NCBI GenBank assembly: GCA_013265495.1
Contig: MU057700.1
Span: 1 to 64,000 of the forward strand
Direction: 5' to 3'
Source: Vicugna vicugna
Lineage: Eukaryota
Length of the DNA: 64,000 bases
In this document: in pieces, positions 12,050-23,768 of the stretch
Layout: each line of letters begins with the position of its first letter
How positions within the stretch are numbered: the stretch's first letter is position 1
Notes under the pieces: model-generated
Databases searched by the model: none
What the model was told of the DNA's origin: nothing
The model's input: the letters and a program-made list of their open reading frames with translations, nothing else
Translations under genes and position numbers: made by a program

Positions 12050-12088
12050 ATCGTCAAGGCTCCACCACCAACCCAGAAATTTGGAAAG
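12050..12088 (+). pseudogene. ANTXRL: ANTXR-like juxtamembrane exon 14 equivalent (39 nt): IVKAPPPTQKFGK
   Basis: catcctag acceptor, gtaagc donor; matches ANTXRL TVKEPPPVQKPEK and ANTXR1 IIKEVPPPP. Confidence 0.85.
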
Positions 12089-13224
12089 GTAAGCGATGTG
12101 TTTGGTCCTGATGTTGTCAGCCTGCCTGATGCACACACTGACCCGCACAGAGAGGCCTCCTGCCGCCGATGGGGGTACGTCCCCCCCACACCCCCAGCTC
12201 CCACCTACCTGGGCAGGGAGAGCTGGCAGCAGGAGGATGGTGACAGAGAGGCACAGAGGGACACCAGGGAGGACATAGGACTCACCAATATCACTCAGAC
12301 AACAGACTTCCCATATTCCCAACATGCCCTGAACCAGACCCTTAAAACTGAATCAGCAACATGGTGTAGCCTGTTTTAGGAACTGTTATGAGACTTGAAA
12401 TAAATGGGCTTTTTGTCAATTACCAAGGGACTGTTTGTAGAATGGTCCTTCCCCAGGACTCCAGAGCATCCTTTTTGGAAAAGGATCCTCAGGTTTCAGG
12501 GACCTGGTCCCCCTTCTCCAGACTCTGAGTCCGTTGGGCTCCATTCCCTTGGTCTCCATCTCCGTCTGTTGTCAGCATGAGGGTCTTGGCTGGGGGTGGC
12601 CTTGAGGGACATGGGGCCGAGGAGAGGAGACGGAGGAGGGCATTGAGCTGTGAAGGGGGTGCAGCCCAGGTGAGCACAGGGACCAAGGGGCAGGGGAGCA
12701 GCTGTGACTGACCAGGGAGGGTGCCCAAACAGGGCCCATAAGAGGCAGTTGGAGCAGGGGCATGGTGTCCCAAGAAAGGGGACCTGGGCCTGCAACCTGG
12801 TGGGAAACAGGGTCACTGCCTGGGCTGGCATCTGCGCTGGATGCAGTGTGGCCTGGGAATGCTGGATCAGCCAGAGTCAGGTGAGTACCCCCCGTCCCTG
12901 CTCATGACTCGCCTCCCACAGCCTCCATCATGTGACACAGCCCCAGGCCCAGCTTCTCCAACAAGGGCCGCTCCGGGAACTAAGGGGACAGGATAGTTTG
13001 TTGGCCTTTGGGGAAGAGCCATCTTTGTGAACCAGAAGGGGTTGATGTGTTTTTCACAGAGAGGACACTCTCTTACTGTGCCCGGTGCTGCTCATCTGTC
13101 CTTGATTCTCTACCAAACATTCCCTGAGTGACCAGAACTTGACAGGTGCTGGGGCAACAGATGTCATGTGTCTGCAGCCAGGAGCTGCCAGACAAGGAAG
13201 CAGACAATCATTTTTTCTTTCTAG

Positions 13225-13302
13225 AAACCACATGCCATACAACCATGTACCAAGGTGATCGTTTCCCATAGTGAGAGTCAGGAGGACAGGACAACAATGG
13301 AG
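13225..13302 (+). pseudogene. ANTXRL: ANTXR-like cytoplasmic exon 15 equivalent (78 nt): KPHAIQPCTKVIVSHSESQEDRTTME
   Basis: ttttttctttctag acceptor, gtgaga donor; C.TVI and terminal ME resemble ANTXRL NTCPTVII...MRRIE and ANTXR1 WPTV...IKRME. Confidence 0.75.
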
Positions 13303-15924
13303 GTGAGAAGGGCCCTTAGGGAGGGAGGGATCACCCCACCAGGCTGGGGGCTGGGAGGAGAGGGGAGCCACTTTCTGCAGCAGAGGCCTGGACCAAAGTC
13401 CTGGCTGGGAGAGATGAGCTTTATGGGCCTGGACCTTGGTCACTTGGGTCCCAGCACCACGGTCTCCCCCTTGGACCGGGCCCAGGATTCTGGATGCTGG
13501 CCGCAGTAGCTTGGGTTTCACTGGCCAATGACCAGATGAGTGAAAACAAACTAAGTTACAAACAACCTCACGCAGGTCAGGAACAAATATTTCTGAGCCA
13601 TGATCTCACCACCATTAAGCTACCCAGAAGTGCCCCAGCTCCTGCTGTCCTTGCGGAAGTCTGCTCAGTGAGGGAGGGAGAGCGCTCACTGCGTTGTCCT
13701 TGTGGCCCCTGAGATGGGTGACCAGATCCTCAAGGAGGAGGGGGCCTAAAGACACTTCCTTCCTTGCGGGGTGCTGAGCCCATCCTGGTGACTGTGATCC
13801 CAGCCCGGCGGGGGCAAGAGACGGCAGGGATGGAGAAGGCTCCGGGTGGTCCATGTGAGGAAGAAAAAATCCACCATCTCTGCCCAGCTTTGCCCCCTCA
13901 AACCCCTGCACTGCCCTCCTGCACACCCACCAAGGGCCCCCCACGCCCTCCCCGGCCCCTGTCCTGCCTCTGTCTGTGGTCTTATCCACCACTGCTCCCT
14001 CCTGGGACTGTCAATAGCAGCTAGAGGGCCAGCCCCACGTCTCCCCTGATGGTCAGTGTTGGGCACAGAGAAGCCACAGCAGCCCTTCCTGAGAGGGAGG
14101 AAGCCGCCTGCCTGGGTTTGTTCCTGCTCACAGGGCCGACCCCCATCCCCGACCCCCCAGGTCCACTTTCTTGTCTGCTCTTGGTCCTCACCTTTCTCAC
14201 TTGCCCCCAGTGTCAGGACCCTGTCCCCTGAGCAGGGGTGGGTCCTCTTCCCTGCCTTCTCCCTCCCTGCGCCCCAAATGCAGGCCGTCTTCCCCCTTCT
14301 TCCAGCTCCTGCCCAGGTGCCCATGAGCACCACATACTTCCCTCTCAGGCCGTCTCCTGGCTACTGCATATCTCCTCCAACTCTGCACTGTTTTCTCCTA
14401 AAAGTAGCCTCGACTTCTCCTACCCCAAAAGCACTGATTTGTTCCAGAATCCAAAACAATCTATGACTGACGGTGACCACACGTGGAGCCCATATCAATG
14501 ACCAGATCATATGGAAATTAATCAAGCAATTTTTCAGTGGGTGAAAGTAAACATACACACCCATTGATTTTATTAATATGTCTATGAAGTACACAAAAAT
14601 CTTAAAATACAACCTATTATACATTACAGGACACTAAAACAGGATCTGTTTTCTTTAAACTGTTGTGGTTGGAATTACTGAGGCTGCAATGCTTATGTTT
14701 TCTATTAATGAATACTGGAAATTTTGAAGTTGAACAAATTCACAGAAACTCTGAAAAAGAGAATGAATGCTTTAATGTACAAGGTTTTTTTTAATCTGTC
14801 CTAACCTGATTGCAATTTCATAACCTTTTGATAAGAAACTTGTTTTAACTGTACATAGGAGACATCTTGGGAACCAAGAAACTAAGAAACTCTTGTGTCT
14901 TAATCAGAAACAAAGAGGTGATCTGTAACTATTAAATCACCCTCTCAGGCTCCACACATTTTATAAATGAGGCTGAGAGAGATTAACCTTGTATACCCTC
15001 CCTGCACTACCACTGTGTGATCTAAGTTCAGAATAAAAAGAGAATAAAAAGATCTAGATATTAAATACATGGCTACACATCATACATCAGTTCAAGATCT
15101 GGAAAAAGTAAGTGGAGAACAAAGAAATGTGGAATGTTTGGGAAGTGCAATAAACCTTCCTCAGCTCTGGAGACCCCTCCCCCAGGCTAAGCACCCACGG
15201 AGAAGGGACGTTAGAAGGGACGTGTGCGGCCCGCCCCTCACTCACCACTCAGTGCAGCACACCTGTCTGCTGAAACCTGGTCCTGACCTTCCACTTGACA
15301 AAGCTGTGACCTCTGAAGGCATGCTCACTTAGGGCAGGGAGATCAACAATTGCTCCTGGCCTTGGCAATCTAGAATCTGTTTGAGGGGAAGGGGTCTCTT
15401 CCATTTCCGCTCTGAAGCTCTGGCGAGAGGTCTGAGGGGGTTCTCAGGGGTGCTTTCTTCTCAGGTGGGTTTCTGGTTGATGAACTTCCCTCCTATCACT
15501 CCAGAATTGCTTTGTTCCCAGAGAAATGGGACTCGGGTATACAGGACAAAATAATTTAGTTGGAATCTTCAAGAGACAGGGCCCCCAACCTGACTCCAGA
15601 AGGTTGCTCCCCAGGCTACACCTTCTATAAACTGAGCACACAGGCTGGGAAGTTTAGGAGAAGCCCATACTCTGGACCGTGGACTTTGAGCCTAGGGCTC
15701 CTGAGAGTAGCAGGAAGGGACCTGTGCCACTTTGAAGCTGTGAAGGACCTAGCACTGGCTTCCTATTCGCAACAACTGATTTAGACGGCATATCCTCGCT
15801 GCTAGCTAAGTGAACGTGAGTAAATCATTCATCTTTCCAGGCTGGTTTTCTTATTTGCTAAAACAGGTGTTGGTGAAAATTCAAGAGACGCCAAATGACA
15901 GCAACAGCTGCTTAATCATTCATC

Positions 15925-16505
15925 ACGAGCCCCTAGGCTCAACGCTTCACACGTGTCGTCACCTGGAGCGCAGAGAAGCGGGCTGAAGAGCCCGGTCTCC
16001 CTCGGAGAGCGCGGCTGAGAGCGGAGCTGGGCCGCTTTGGGAGGCCCAGGACACTTGCCCAGGGCCGCAGTCCTCCGGACGGCCGGTGGCTGAGCCGCAG
16101 AGTCTGGGCGCTGTGGTCGCGCTCCCGCCCGCCTTTCCCTGCGCGGGGCCCTCAAGCCTCCCCGGAGCCCTTCCCGCACGGGCTGGCGTCGGCCGCGCTC
16201 CAACCTCCATGCACCCCGGCAGGCGCGCGGTTCCACGCAGAGCTCGGGACAGACTGCAACCAACCGACGGACACCGCCAAGCGCCAGGCGCCCGCCACGG
16301 AGCGCACATGCGCACAGGGGTGGGAGGCGTGGCCGCGCGCAACTTCCCATCAGCCCCAGCGCGGTGTGTACGCTCCTCCGCGGCGGGTGGGGCCCGCGCG
16401 CAGGGCAGAGCACATAGCGGTGCCCGCGCAGGAGACCAGGTGGATGCTCGGGAAGACGCGCGGGGTGACTTTAACGCTGGACACGGAGACCTGCGACCCG
16501 CTGGG
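15925..16505. promoter_or_regulatory. CpG island / promoter-like element with no assignable gene
   Basis: Dense CpG and high GC; NRF1-like GCGCACATGCGCA at 16302-16314. Confidence 0.75.
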
Positions 16506-18186
16506 AATGAAAAACACCCGAACAGCAAGGTTTCTCCCAGGACCAGAAAATAATGATGAATGTTTTTTATTATCCTACTTTTTAGGAGACAAGCTTTCAA
16601 GAATTAGTAATATACAAAGATTTAAGGAAAACCTGAAAATACACACAAATCAAAAGAAAGAAACAATAAATAGAGCTTCACATCCTGCTCCCTGAGATTT
16701 GTGGGCTTAACCATGAAAGGTACAACCTGATAGTTTGCAGAAATGCGATCGTATATGATAGGTTTTATCACTAACCTTGCAGAAAACATTTTCATGTAAA
16801 ATATAACCCCAATTATTTTTTCCCAACAACAATAATAATAATAAAGTTCTTTCACTTAATAGCATCAAAAGTTGTACAAAATACTTATTATTCCAGTAAT
16901 AAATGAAAACCTGTAAAGACAGTGACATTTTGTGGAGTATGACATTTAAAAATTTTCAATAGGTACTGGTTTGTTTTACTTTCCCAAAAAGAAAACTCAA
17001 TCTATAACAATATGCCAAACAGAATCTCAACAACTTTCTGTGACTTTTTTCTTTTTTCTTTTCCTTTTTTATTGTCTTACTGAACAGGACATTGTAACCT
17101 TACTCCTATTTCCAAAAAATTAGAATTGGGGGGGGGAACAGTAATGCTTAACATATATTAAAAGTCATCTGCTGTTATAATTTTTTTCAGTTTGGAATTG
17201 ACACCAAAGAAAAAGAATATTTAAGAATTTATTACACAATTTAGCAAAGAAATAATTGAGTATTCAGTTAATCACACTGGACAAATAGACACTTGAGATT
17301 AAACTTGCTTTGTAAACCAGTTCACCAATTGCAATAAGTGCATTTCAAAAATATGAAATAAAGATTAACATTTTACATGCAAGTTATTATATTTTTCTTA
17401 CAATTTTTTAAACAGTGTTTTCCCTAGCTCTGGCCACTCAAACAGCCTAGACAACCTCCCAGTAGCAATGAGCACAGTTAATACTCAGAAATCATCCATG
17501 GAAAGTAGACAGTGCTCTTTGGAAAAGTGATTGATTGTAAGTCAGGCCAAGAAAAGTACAAGATAAAATTAGGAAAACTTACAGTGCTAGAGAATAAAGA
17601 AGCCCTCACACATCAATGGGGTAAAATACACGTAGGAGCAAGCTTGAGGAGGTACCCACTAGCAAAATTATGAGGTCAATTAAAACACCTAGAATAATAT
17701 TTTTTTTTAATGAGGAGGGACACTGCCACATCTGAGAAGATAGAGTAGATGTACTTCTATTCCACCTCCTAAATACTGCTGGAAACCCTGGACATTATAT
17801 ATAAAACAAATAAAAGAAGCCTCTGACAGATGCAGAGAAGGTAAACAGCTAGGGACCCCTGGAACCAAGGAGAAAAATAGTGATCAGTTCTTCTTGCTTC
17901 AGATGTTCCAAATTTGGAGCTAAAGGAAATGACAACCTGGAAATGCCAAGGGGTACAGGTAACAAATGCCCCAAAACAAGCCTGCTGTCTCTAGCCAAAG
18001 AACCAGGAAAGGGGAAGCCTAGGAAGATGGAAAGCTTTTAGTCAACAATCACTATACCCCAGACAAATATCACAGAAAGAACTGTGGCTCCAATCCCACT
18101 CACACCAGTGAAGAGTGAGCAGGAAGCCTCCACACTCACCAGTCTGTAATGATGTGCCTCAATCCCCTATACCCCCCTTAACTCCC

Positions 18187-18543
18187 CACCACATACACAC
18201 ACAAAGAGGTGGTGTCAGAAAGACTGAGAAGGGAAATAGGACATTTGTCTTCATCCAGTAGTAATGAAGGTATCCCTACCATGATTCAGTGGAGAGCATT
18301 TGGGGAACCAGAACTCCCACCCTCCCTCAGGAGCCCAACTCAGGTTTCAAAGAAGAGGTGGGAAACATAATACACCACATACACACACAAAGAGGTGGTG
18401 TCAAAAAGACTGAGAAGGGAAATAGGACATTTGTTTTCATCCAGTAGTAATGAAGGTATCCCTACCATGATTCAGTGGAGAGCATTTGGGGAACCAGAAC
18501 TCCCACCCTCCCTCAGGAGCCCAACTCAGGTTTCAAAGAAGAG
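18187..18543. repeat. Near-perfect direct duplication, 2 x 171 bp with 15-bp spacer
   Basis: 18187-18357 vs 18373-18543, two mismatches seen. Confidence 0.9.
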
Positions 18544-20459
18544 CCAGTGAGAAACCTAAATGGAATTCTACCTCCAACTTTTAATAAAAAAGCAATACCC
18601 TCCAACTCCCCCACTGGAGCAGTATGAGAGAAAGCCAGCTAAAACAGAAGATTTACATAAGATGCAGAGTGTCTTAAGGTAATATGGAAATACCCAAGTT
18701 CCGACTAAAAAATCACTCATAACAAGAAAAAGGAAGCTCTCAAGCTGAATGGAAAAAAAAAAGATAATCAGCGGAAGACTAGAAGAAAGAATATTAAAGT
18801 TATCTGACAAAGACATCACAGCAACCATGATAAAATGTTTCAACACGCAATTTCAAACACATTTGACCAAATAAAAAGCTGAAAATCTCAGCAAAAAAAT
18901 AGGAGATACACAGAACTAGCAAGTGGAAATTTTAGAAATGAAATAACCAAAATTAAAAACTAAGTGGATGGGCTTTAAAAAAGAGAAAGAAAGAATGATG
19001 GGGACAAAGGAAAGGATAGTGAACTTCAAGAAAGGCAGGTGATAAAAACAAAAAAAACCAGAAACAAAATGAACAAATATAAAATATAAACTAAAAGGCA
19101 GACTTAAGCCTTAATATATCAATAATAACACTAAATCTTTATGGTCTAAATATGCCAATTAAAAGACAAAGATTGGCAGCGTGGCTTTTTGAAATGACCC
19201 AGCTATATACTGTCTAAAAGAAATTATATAGGCAGGTTGGCAGTAAATGTGACAACCAATGGACTAATTCCTCAAAAAAAAATCATAACTCACCAAGTGT
19301 GAAATAAATAATGTGAATAGCTTTATAACAATTAAAGAAGTTGGATTCATAATTTTAAAAACTCCCCAAAAGAGAAATTTCCAGATGTTCTTACTGGAGA
19401 AATCTACCAAACACTTAATGGAGAATTAACACCAATTCTACAGAATATCTTTTAGAAAATAGAAGAGGAAGGAACGTTTCCCAATTTATTTGATGAGTTT
19501 AGTATTCCTCTGATATCAAAGCCACACAAAGACATTGCTAAAAAAAGAAAACTACAGACCAATATTTCTCATGAATATAGGTACAAAACTCCTTGACAAA
19601 ATATAAGAAAATATAATTCAGTAATATGTAAAGAGGGTTAAATACATCATGGGATTTATTCCAGGAAGAAATGTTTCAATATTCAATAGAATCCACCATA
19701 TTAACAGGCTAAAGAAGAAACATCACATGATGATATCAGTTGACGCAAAAAGAAAAAAAATCACAAAATTCAACAACTACACAAGATTAAAAAATCCCAG
19801 AAATGCAGGAGTAGAGGGGAACAACATGATAAATAACATACACAAAACCCTCCAACTACCATTATACGTTACCATTATACTGGTGACAGACTGAAAATCA
19901 GGAAAAAGGCAAGAATGTCACTCTCATCACTCTTATTCAACATACTGCTGGAAGTTTTAGCCAGTGCAATAGACAAGTGAATAAAACAAAGGCATATGAA
20001 TCAGAAAGACACTATACTCCCTATTTTCAGATCACGTGATTGTCTATATAGAACATCTCATGGAATATGTATTTTTTAAAGTTTGCAAGATACAAGATAA
20101 ACATGCAAATGTATCAATGGCATTTCTGTATACTAACAACAAACACACAGACATCAAAATTGAAACTACAACACCAATGCTCAAAAAATTTAAATGCTTA
20201 GGTGTAAATCTAACAAAACATATACAGGACTTGTACGCAGAAAATTACAAAAGGCTAATGAAAGAAATCAAAGAAGATCTAAACAAATGGAGAGAGACAA
20301 TATGTTCATGGATTGGAAGATTTATTATAGTAAAGACAATTCTCCCCAAAAATGTAATTACTATTTAAAAATCCCAGCACAATTTTTTGTTTATATAGAC
20401 AAGATTATTCTAAAATGTATATGGAAAGACAGAAGAGCTAAAGAAAGAAGAATTTACCT

Positions 20460-20910
20460 GCTAACCAAACTTTCAGAAACCAGGATCTGATTGAAATAAA
20501 AAGGTGTTTACTTGGGGTTTGTTAGGACTGCAGCCCAGGAGACACAGATTCAGGAAGCACTTGATATGTTCATCCAGATGGCAAAATGGGGGTGGTTTAC
20601 AAAGACAAACACCAGAAGGTTATAGTTATTTATATGCGTTATTTATCAAGAATTATTCATTGGAGCTGGCAAGAGGTAAGGATGCTCGTCAAGTAAGAAT
20701 TGGTGGGTCAGATATGGCTGCCTAGTTACAAGCAGAGACCTAAAGACCGTAAGTTTGCAGCCAGCAGGTGTTCTGAATACAGATGTTCTTGGGTCTGGTA
20801 CAGTTCAAACAAAGTTCAAGTTCTCAGTGGTACAGAGATGTTTCTGAGACCAGATCCTCAATGGCCATCTGACTCCATTTTTATATATCTGAACTGTGAC
20901 TATTCCATCT
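20460..20910 (-). mobile_element. Probable solo ERV LTR interrupting L1 ORF2
   Basis: Non-L1 ~450-bp block with LTR-like composition splitting continuous L1 ORF2 sequence; family not identified. Confidence 0.45.
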
Positions 20911-22914
20911 GAAAACTCTATTCATAAATGAAAAAAACTGATAAATTGAACTTCATCAAAATTAAAAACTTTTATTCTGATACAGACAAAAGTTCACTTT
21001 AAAAGAGTGGATTTTATGGTATTTATGGTACGGTATGTTAATTATGCCACAATAAAGCTGGAAAGAAAAAAAAAAAAGAAAGCTACTGGGAGAAAATATT
21101 TGCAAACCACATATCTGATAAAAGACTATTATATAAAGAACTCTCAAAAGTCAACAGTAAAAAGTAAACACCCAATTAGAAAATTGTCAGAAGACATGAA
21201 AAGAGATTTCCCTAAAGAAGAGACACACACAGCTAATAAGCAGAAGGAAAGATATTCAACATTATTAGCCATTAGGGAAATGAAAACCTAAAAAATGATG
21301 TGCTATCACAACTACCAGAATGGCTAAAATAAAAAACATAAGTCCACACAAAAACGTGTACACTGTTATTCACGGCAACATTACTGGTAATAGCCAAAAA
21401 GTGGAAACAAGCCAAATGTCCACAAACCAATGAATGGATAAATAAAATGTAGTACATCCTTAAGATGAAATATTACTCAGCCACAAAAAGTAATTAAGTA
21501 CTGACACATGCTACAAAATGCACCTTGAAAACATGCTTAGTGAAAGAAGGCAGACACAAAAGGCCACATGTTGTATATTTCCATTTGTATGAAATGTCCA
21601 CAACAGGGAAATCTACAGAGACAGAAGGCGGGTGTAGTTGCCAGAGGTGAGGGCAAAGGAGGGAATCTGAAATGAGTGCTACTTAGTAGTTTCTTTTTAG
21701 AGCAATGAAAACGTTCTAAAACTAGATAGTGGTAATGACTGCATAACCCCATGAATATACTAAAAACCACTGAACTGCACACTTTAAAGTGGTAAGCTTT
21801 ATGATATATTAATTATATCTCAATAAATTTATTATTTAAAAAAAGCAAATAAAGTTTCTAATAGGAATGCAGTATCACCAGTAAGTTTAAAAATAATTTA
21901 ACCAGAAAAAGAAAGCAGAGACAACGCTTAATGCTGGTGTGGATATAGACAAAGTAGGTCACTCCTACATTGCTGATGGTAATGTAAAATGATGGTTATT
22001 CTGGAAAACAGTTTGGTAGTTTCTTTAAAACTTAAATATACAACTACAAAACAACCCAGTCGTTGCACACCTGGGCATTTATCCCAGAGAAATTAAAAGT
22101 TATGTTCACACAAAAATCTATATACAAATGCTTATAGCAATCTTATTGACAGTCGCCGAAGACTGAAGAAAAACAGACATTGTTCAACAGCTGAGGGGTT
22201 AAACTGTAGTACATCCATACCACAGATACTACTCAGCAATGACAGGAGAGCTGACCTAATGACACACAGCAGCCTGATGACTCACCAGAGAATCATGCTG
22301 AATGAAAAAAAAAGTCAGTCCCAAAATGTTACATATTGTATGATTCCATTTATATAACATTCTTGAAATGATGAAATTATAAAACTAGAGAACAGATTAC
22401 TTTTTAAATACTTTTTAAAAAACTTACATTTATCAACATATTTACCTCTTCCAGCATTTGATAGTTGTTTGTGTAGATTCAAGTTTCCATCTGGTATCAT
22501 TTATAATATTCCTGGAAAATTTCGTTTTACATGTCATATGATACAGGTCTGTTTCCAATCTTCCTCAAATTTTGTTTATGGTAAAAAAGCATGTCAGCTT
22601 CATTTTTTCAAGGATGTTTTTGCTGAGTATAGAATTCTAGGTTGCCCTTTTTTCTTTCAGCATTATTGTCTTCTGCTTGCTGAAGAATAACGTCTATTAT
22701 CTTTGTTGTTCTGTGTCTGTTTTCTCGAACTGCTTTTAAGTTTTTATTCCTTATGACTGGTTTTCAGCAATTTGATCATGCTGTCTCTTGTGGAGGTTTT
22801 CTTTTGGTTTATCCTGCTTAGGATATCACTGACCTACTTAGATCTACAGGTGTATAGTTTTCATCAAAATTGGAAAGCTTTTGGCCAAGCTATTGCCCAT
22901 TGCTTTTTGTACTT

Positions 22915-23768
22915 TTTAAAAATTGAAGTATAATCAATTTACAATATTGTGTCAATTTCTGGTGTGCAGCATAATTCCTGAGTCATACATATACATACAT
23001 ATATTCCTTTTCATGTACTTTTCCATTATAGGTTACTACCAGATGTTGAATGTGTTTCCCTGTGCTATACAGTATAAACTTGCTGTTTATCTATTTTATA
23101 TACAGTAGTTAGTATCTGCAAATTTCAAGCCCCCAATTTGTCCCTTCCCACCCCCTTCCCCCTCGCTAACCATAAGTTTGTTCTCTATGTCTGTGAGTCT
23201 GTTTCTGTTTTGTAAGTAAGTTCATGTCTCTCTCTCTCTTTTTTTATTTTAGATTCCACCAATAAGTGATACCAGATGGTATTTTTCTTTCTCTTTCTGG
23301 CTTACTTCACTTAATGACAACAGATCCATCCATGTTGCTGCAAATGACATTTTATTCCTTTTATGGCTGAGTAATATTCCATTATATATATACCACATCT
23401 TTATCCATTCATCTGTCAATGGACATTTAGGTTATTTCCATGTCTTGGCTGTTGTAAACAGTGCTGCTGTGAACACTGGGGTGCATGTGTCTTTTTGAAT
23501 TATAGTTTTCTCCAGATATATGCCCAGGAGTGGGACTGCTGGATTATAAGTCTATTTTTAGGTTTTTAAGGAACCTCCATACTGTCCTCCACAGTGGCTG
23601 CACCAATTAACATTCCCACCTACAGTGTAGGAGGGTACCTTTTTCTCCACACCCTCTCCAGCATTTACTATTTGCAGACTTTTTAATGATGGCCATTCTT
23701 ACTGGTGTGAGGCCATGCTTCATTGTAGTTTTGATTTGCATTTCTCTAGTAACCAATGATGTTGAGAG
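22915..23768 (-). mobile_element. Younger (camelid-type) 5'-truncated L1, 3' end
   Basis: Reverse complement of gggaagggacaaattgggg...tttgcagatactaactact 3' UTR, shared with other copies in the window. Confidence 0.85.

Larger units (their letters stand above)
2129..13302 (+). pseudogene. ANTXRL: Unprocessed anthrax toxin receptor-like (ANTXRL/ANTXR family, VWA domain) pseudogene; partial, 5' exons probably upstream of the window
   Basis: Nine collinear exons whose peptides, sizes and phases follow ANTXR exons 4-10, 14 and 15. Lesions include frameshifts, a TAA stop, a GG donor and a GG acceptor. Family call is firm; one-to-one orthology with human ANTXRL is not established. Confidence 0.85.
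17700..22400 (+). mobile_element. Degenerate, internally deleted L1 (5' UTR/ORF1/ORF2/3' UTR remnants) with nested insertions
   Basis: ORF2-like peptides MKEIKEDLNKWRETICSWIGR and IHHINRLKKKHHMMISVDA; L1 3' UTR motifs. Confidence 0.85.

Noticed and set aside
13303..15060. Final ANTXRL exons and poly(A) signals (AATAAA at 15032 and 15043)
   Set aside because: No convincing G(K/N)LD or Cys-rich terminal exon found, so the signals cannot be tied to the gene.
15916..16600. Overlapping 155-213-aa ORFs on both strands
   Set aside because: GC-rich island artefacts.
16550..17420. AT-rich block as DNA transposon or retrocopy
   Set aside because: No TIR, TSD or recognisable frame could be supported by eye.
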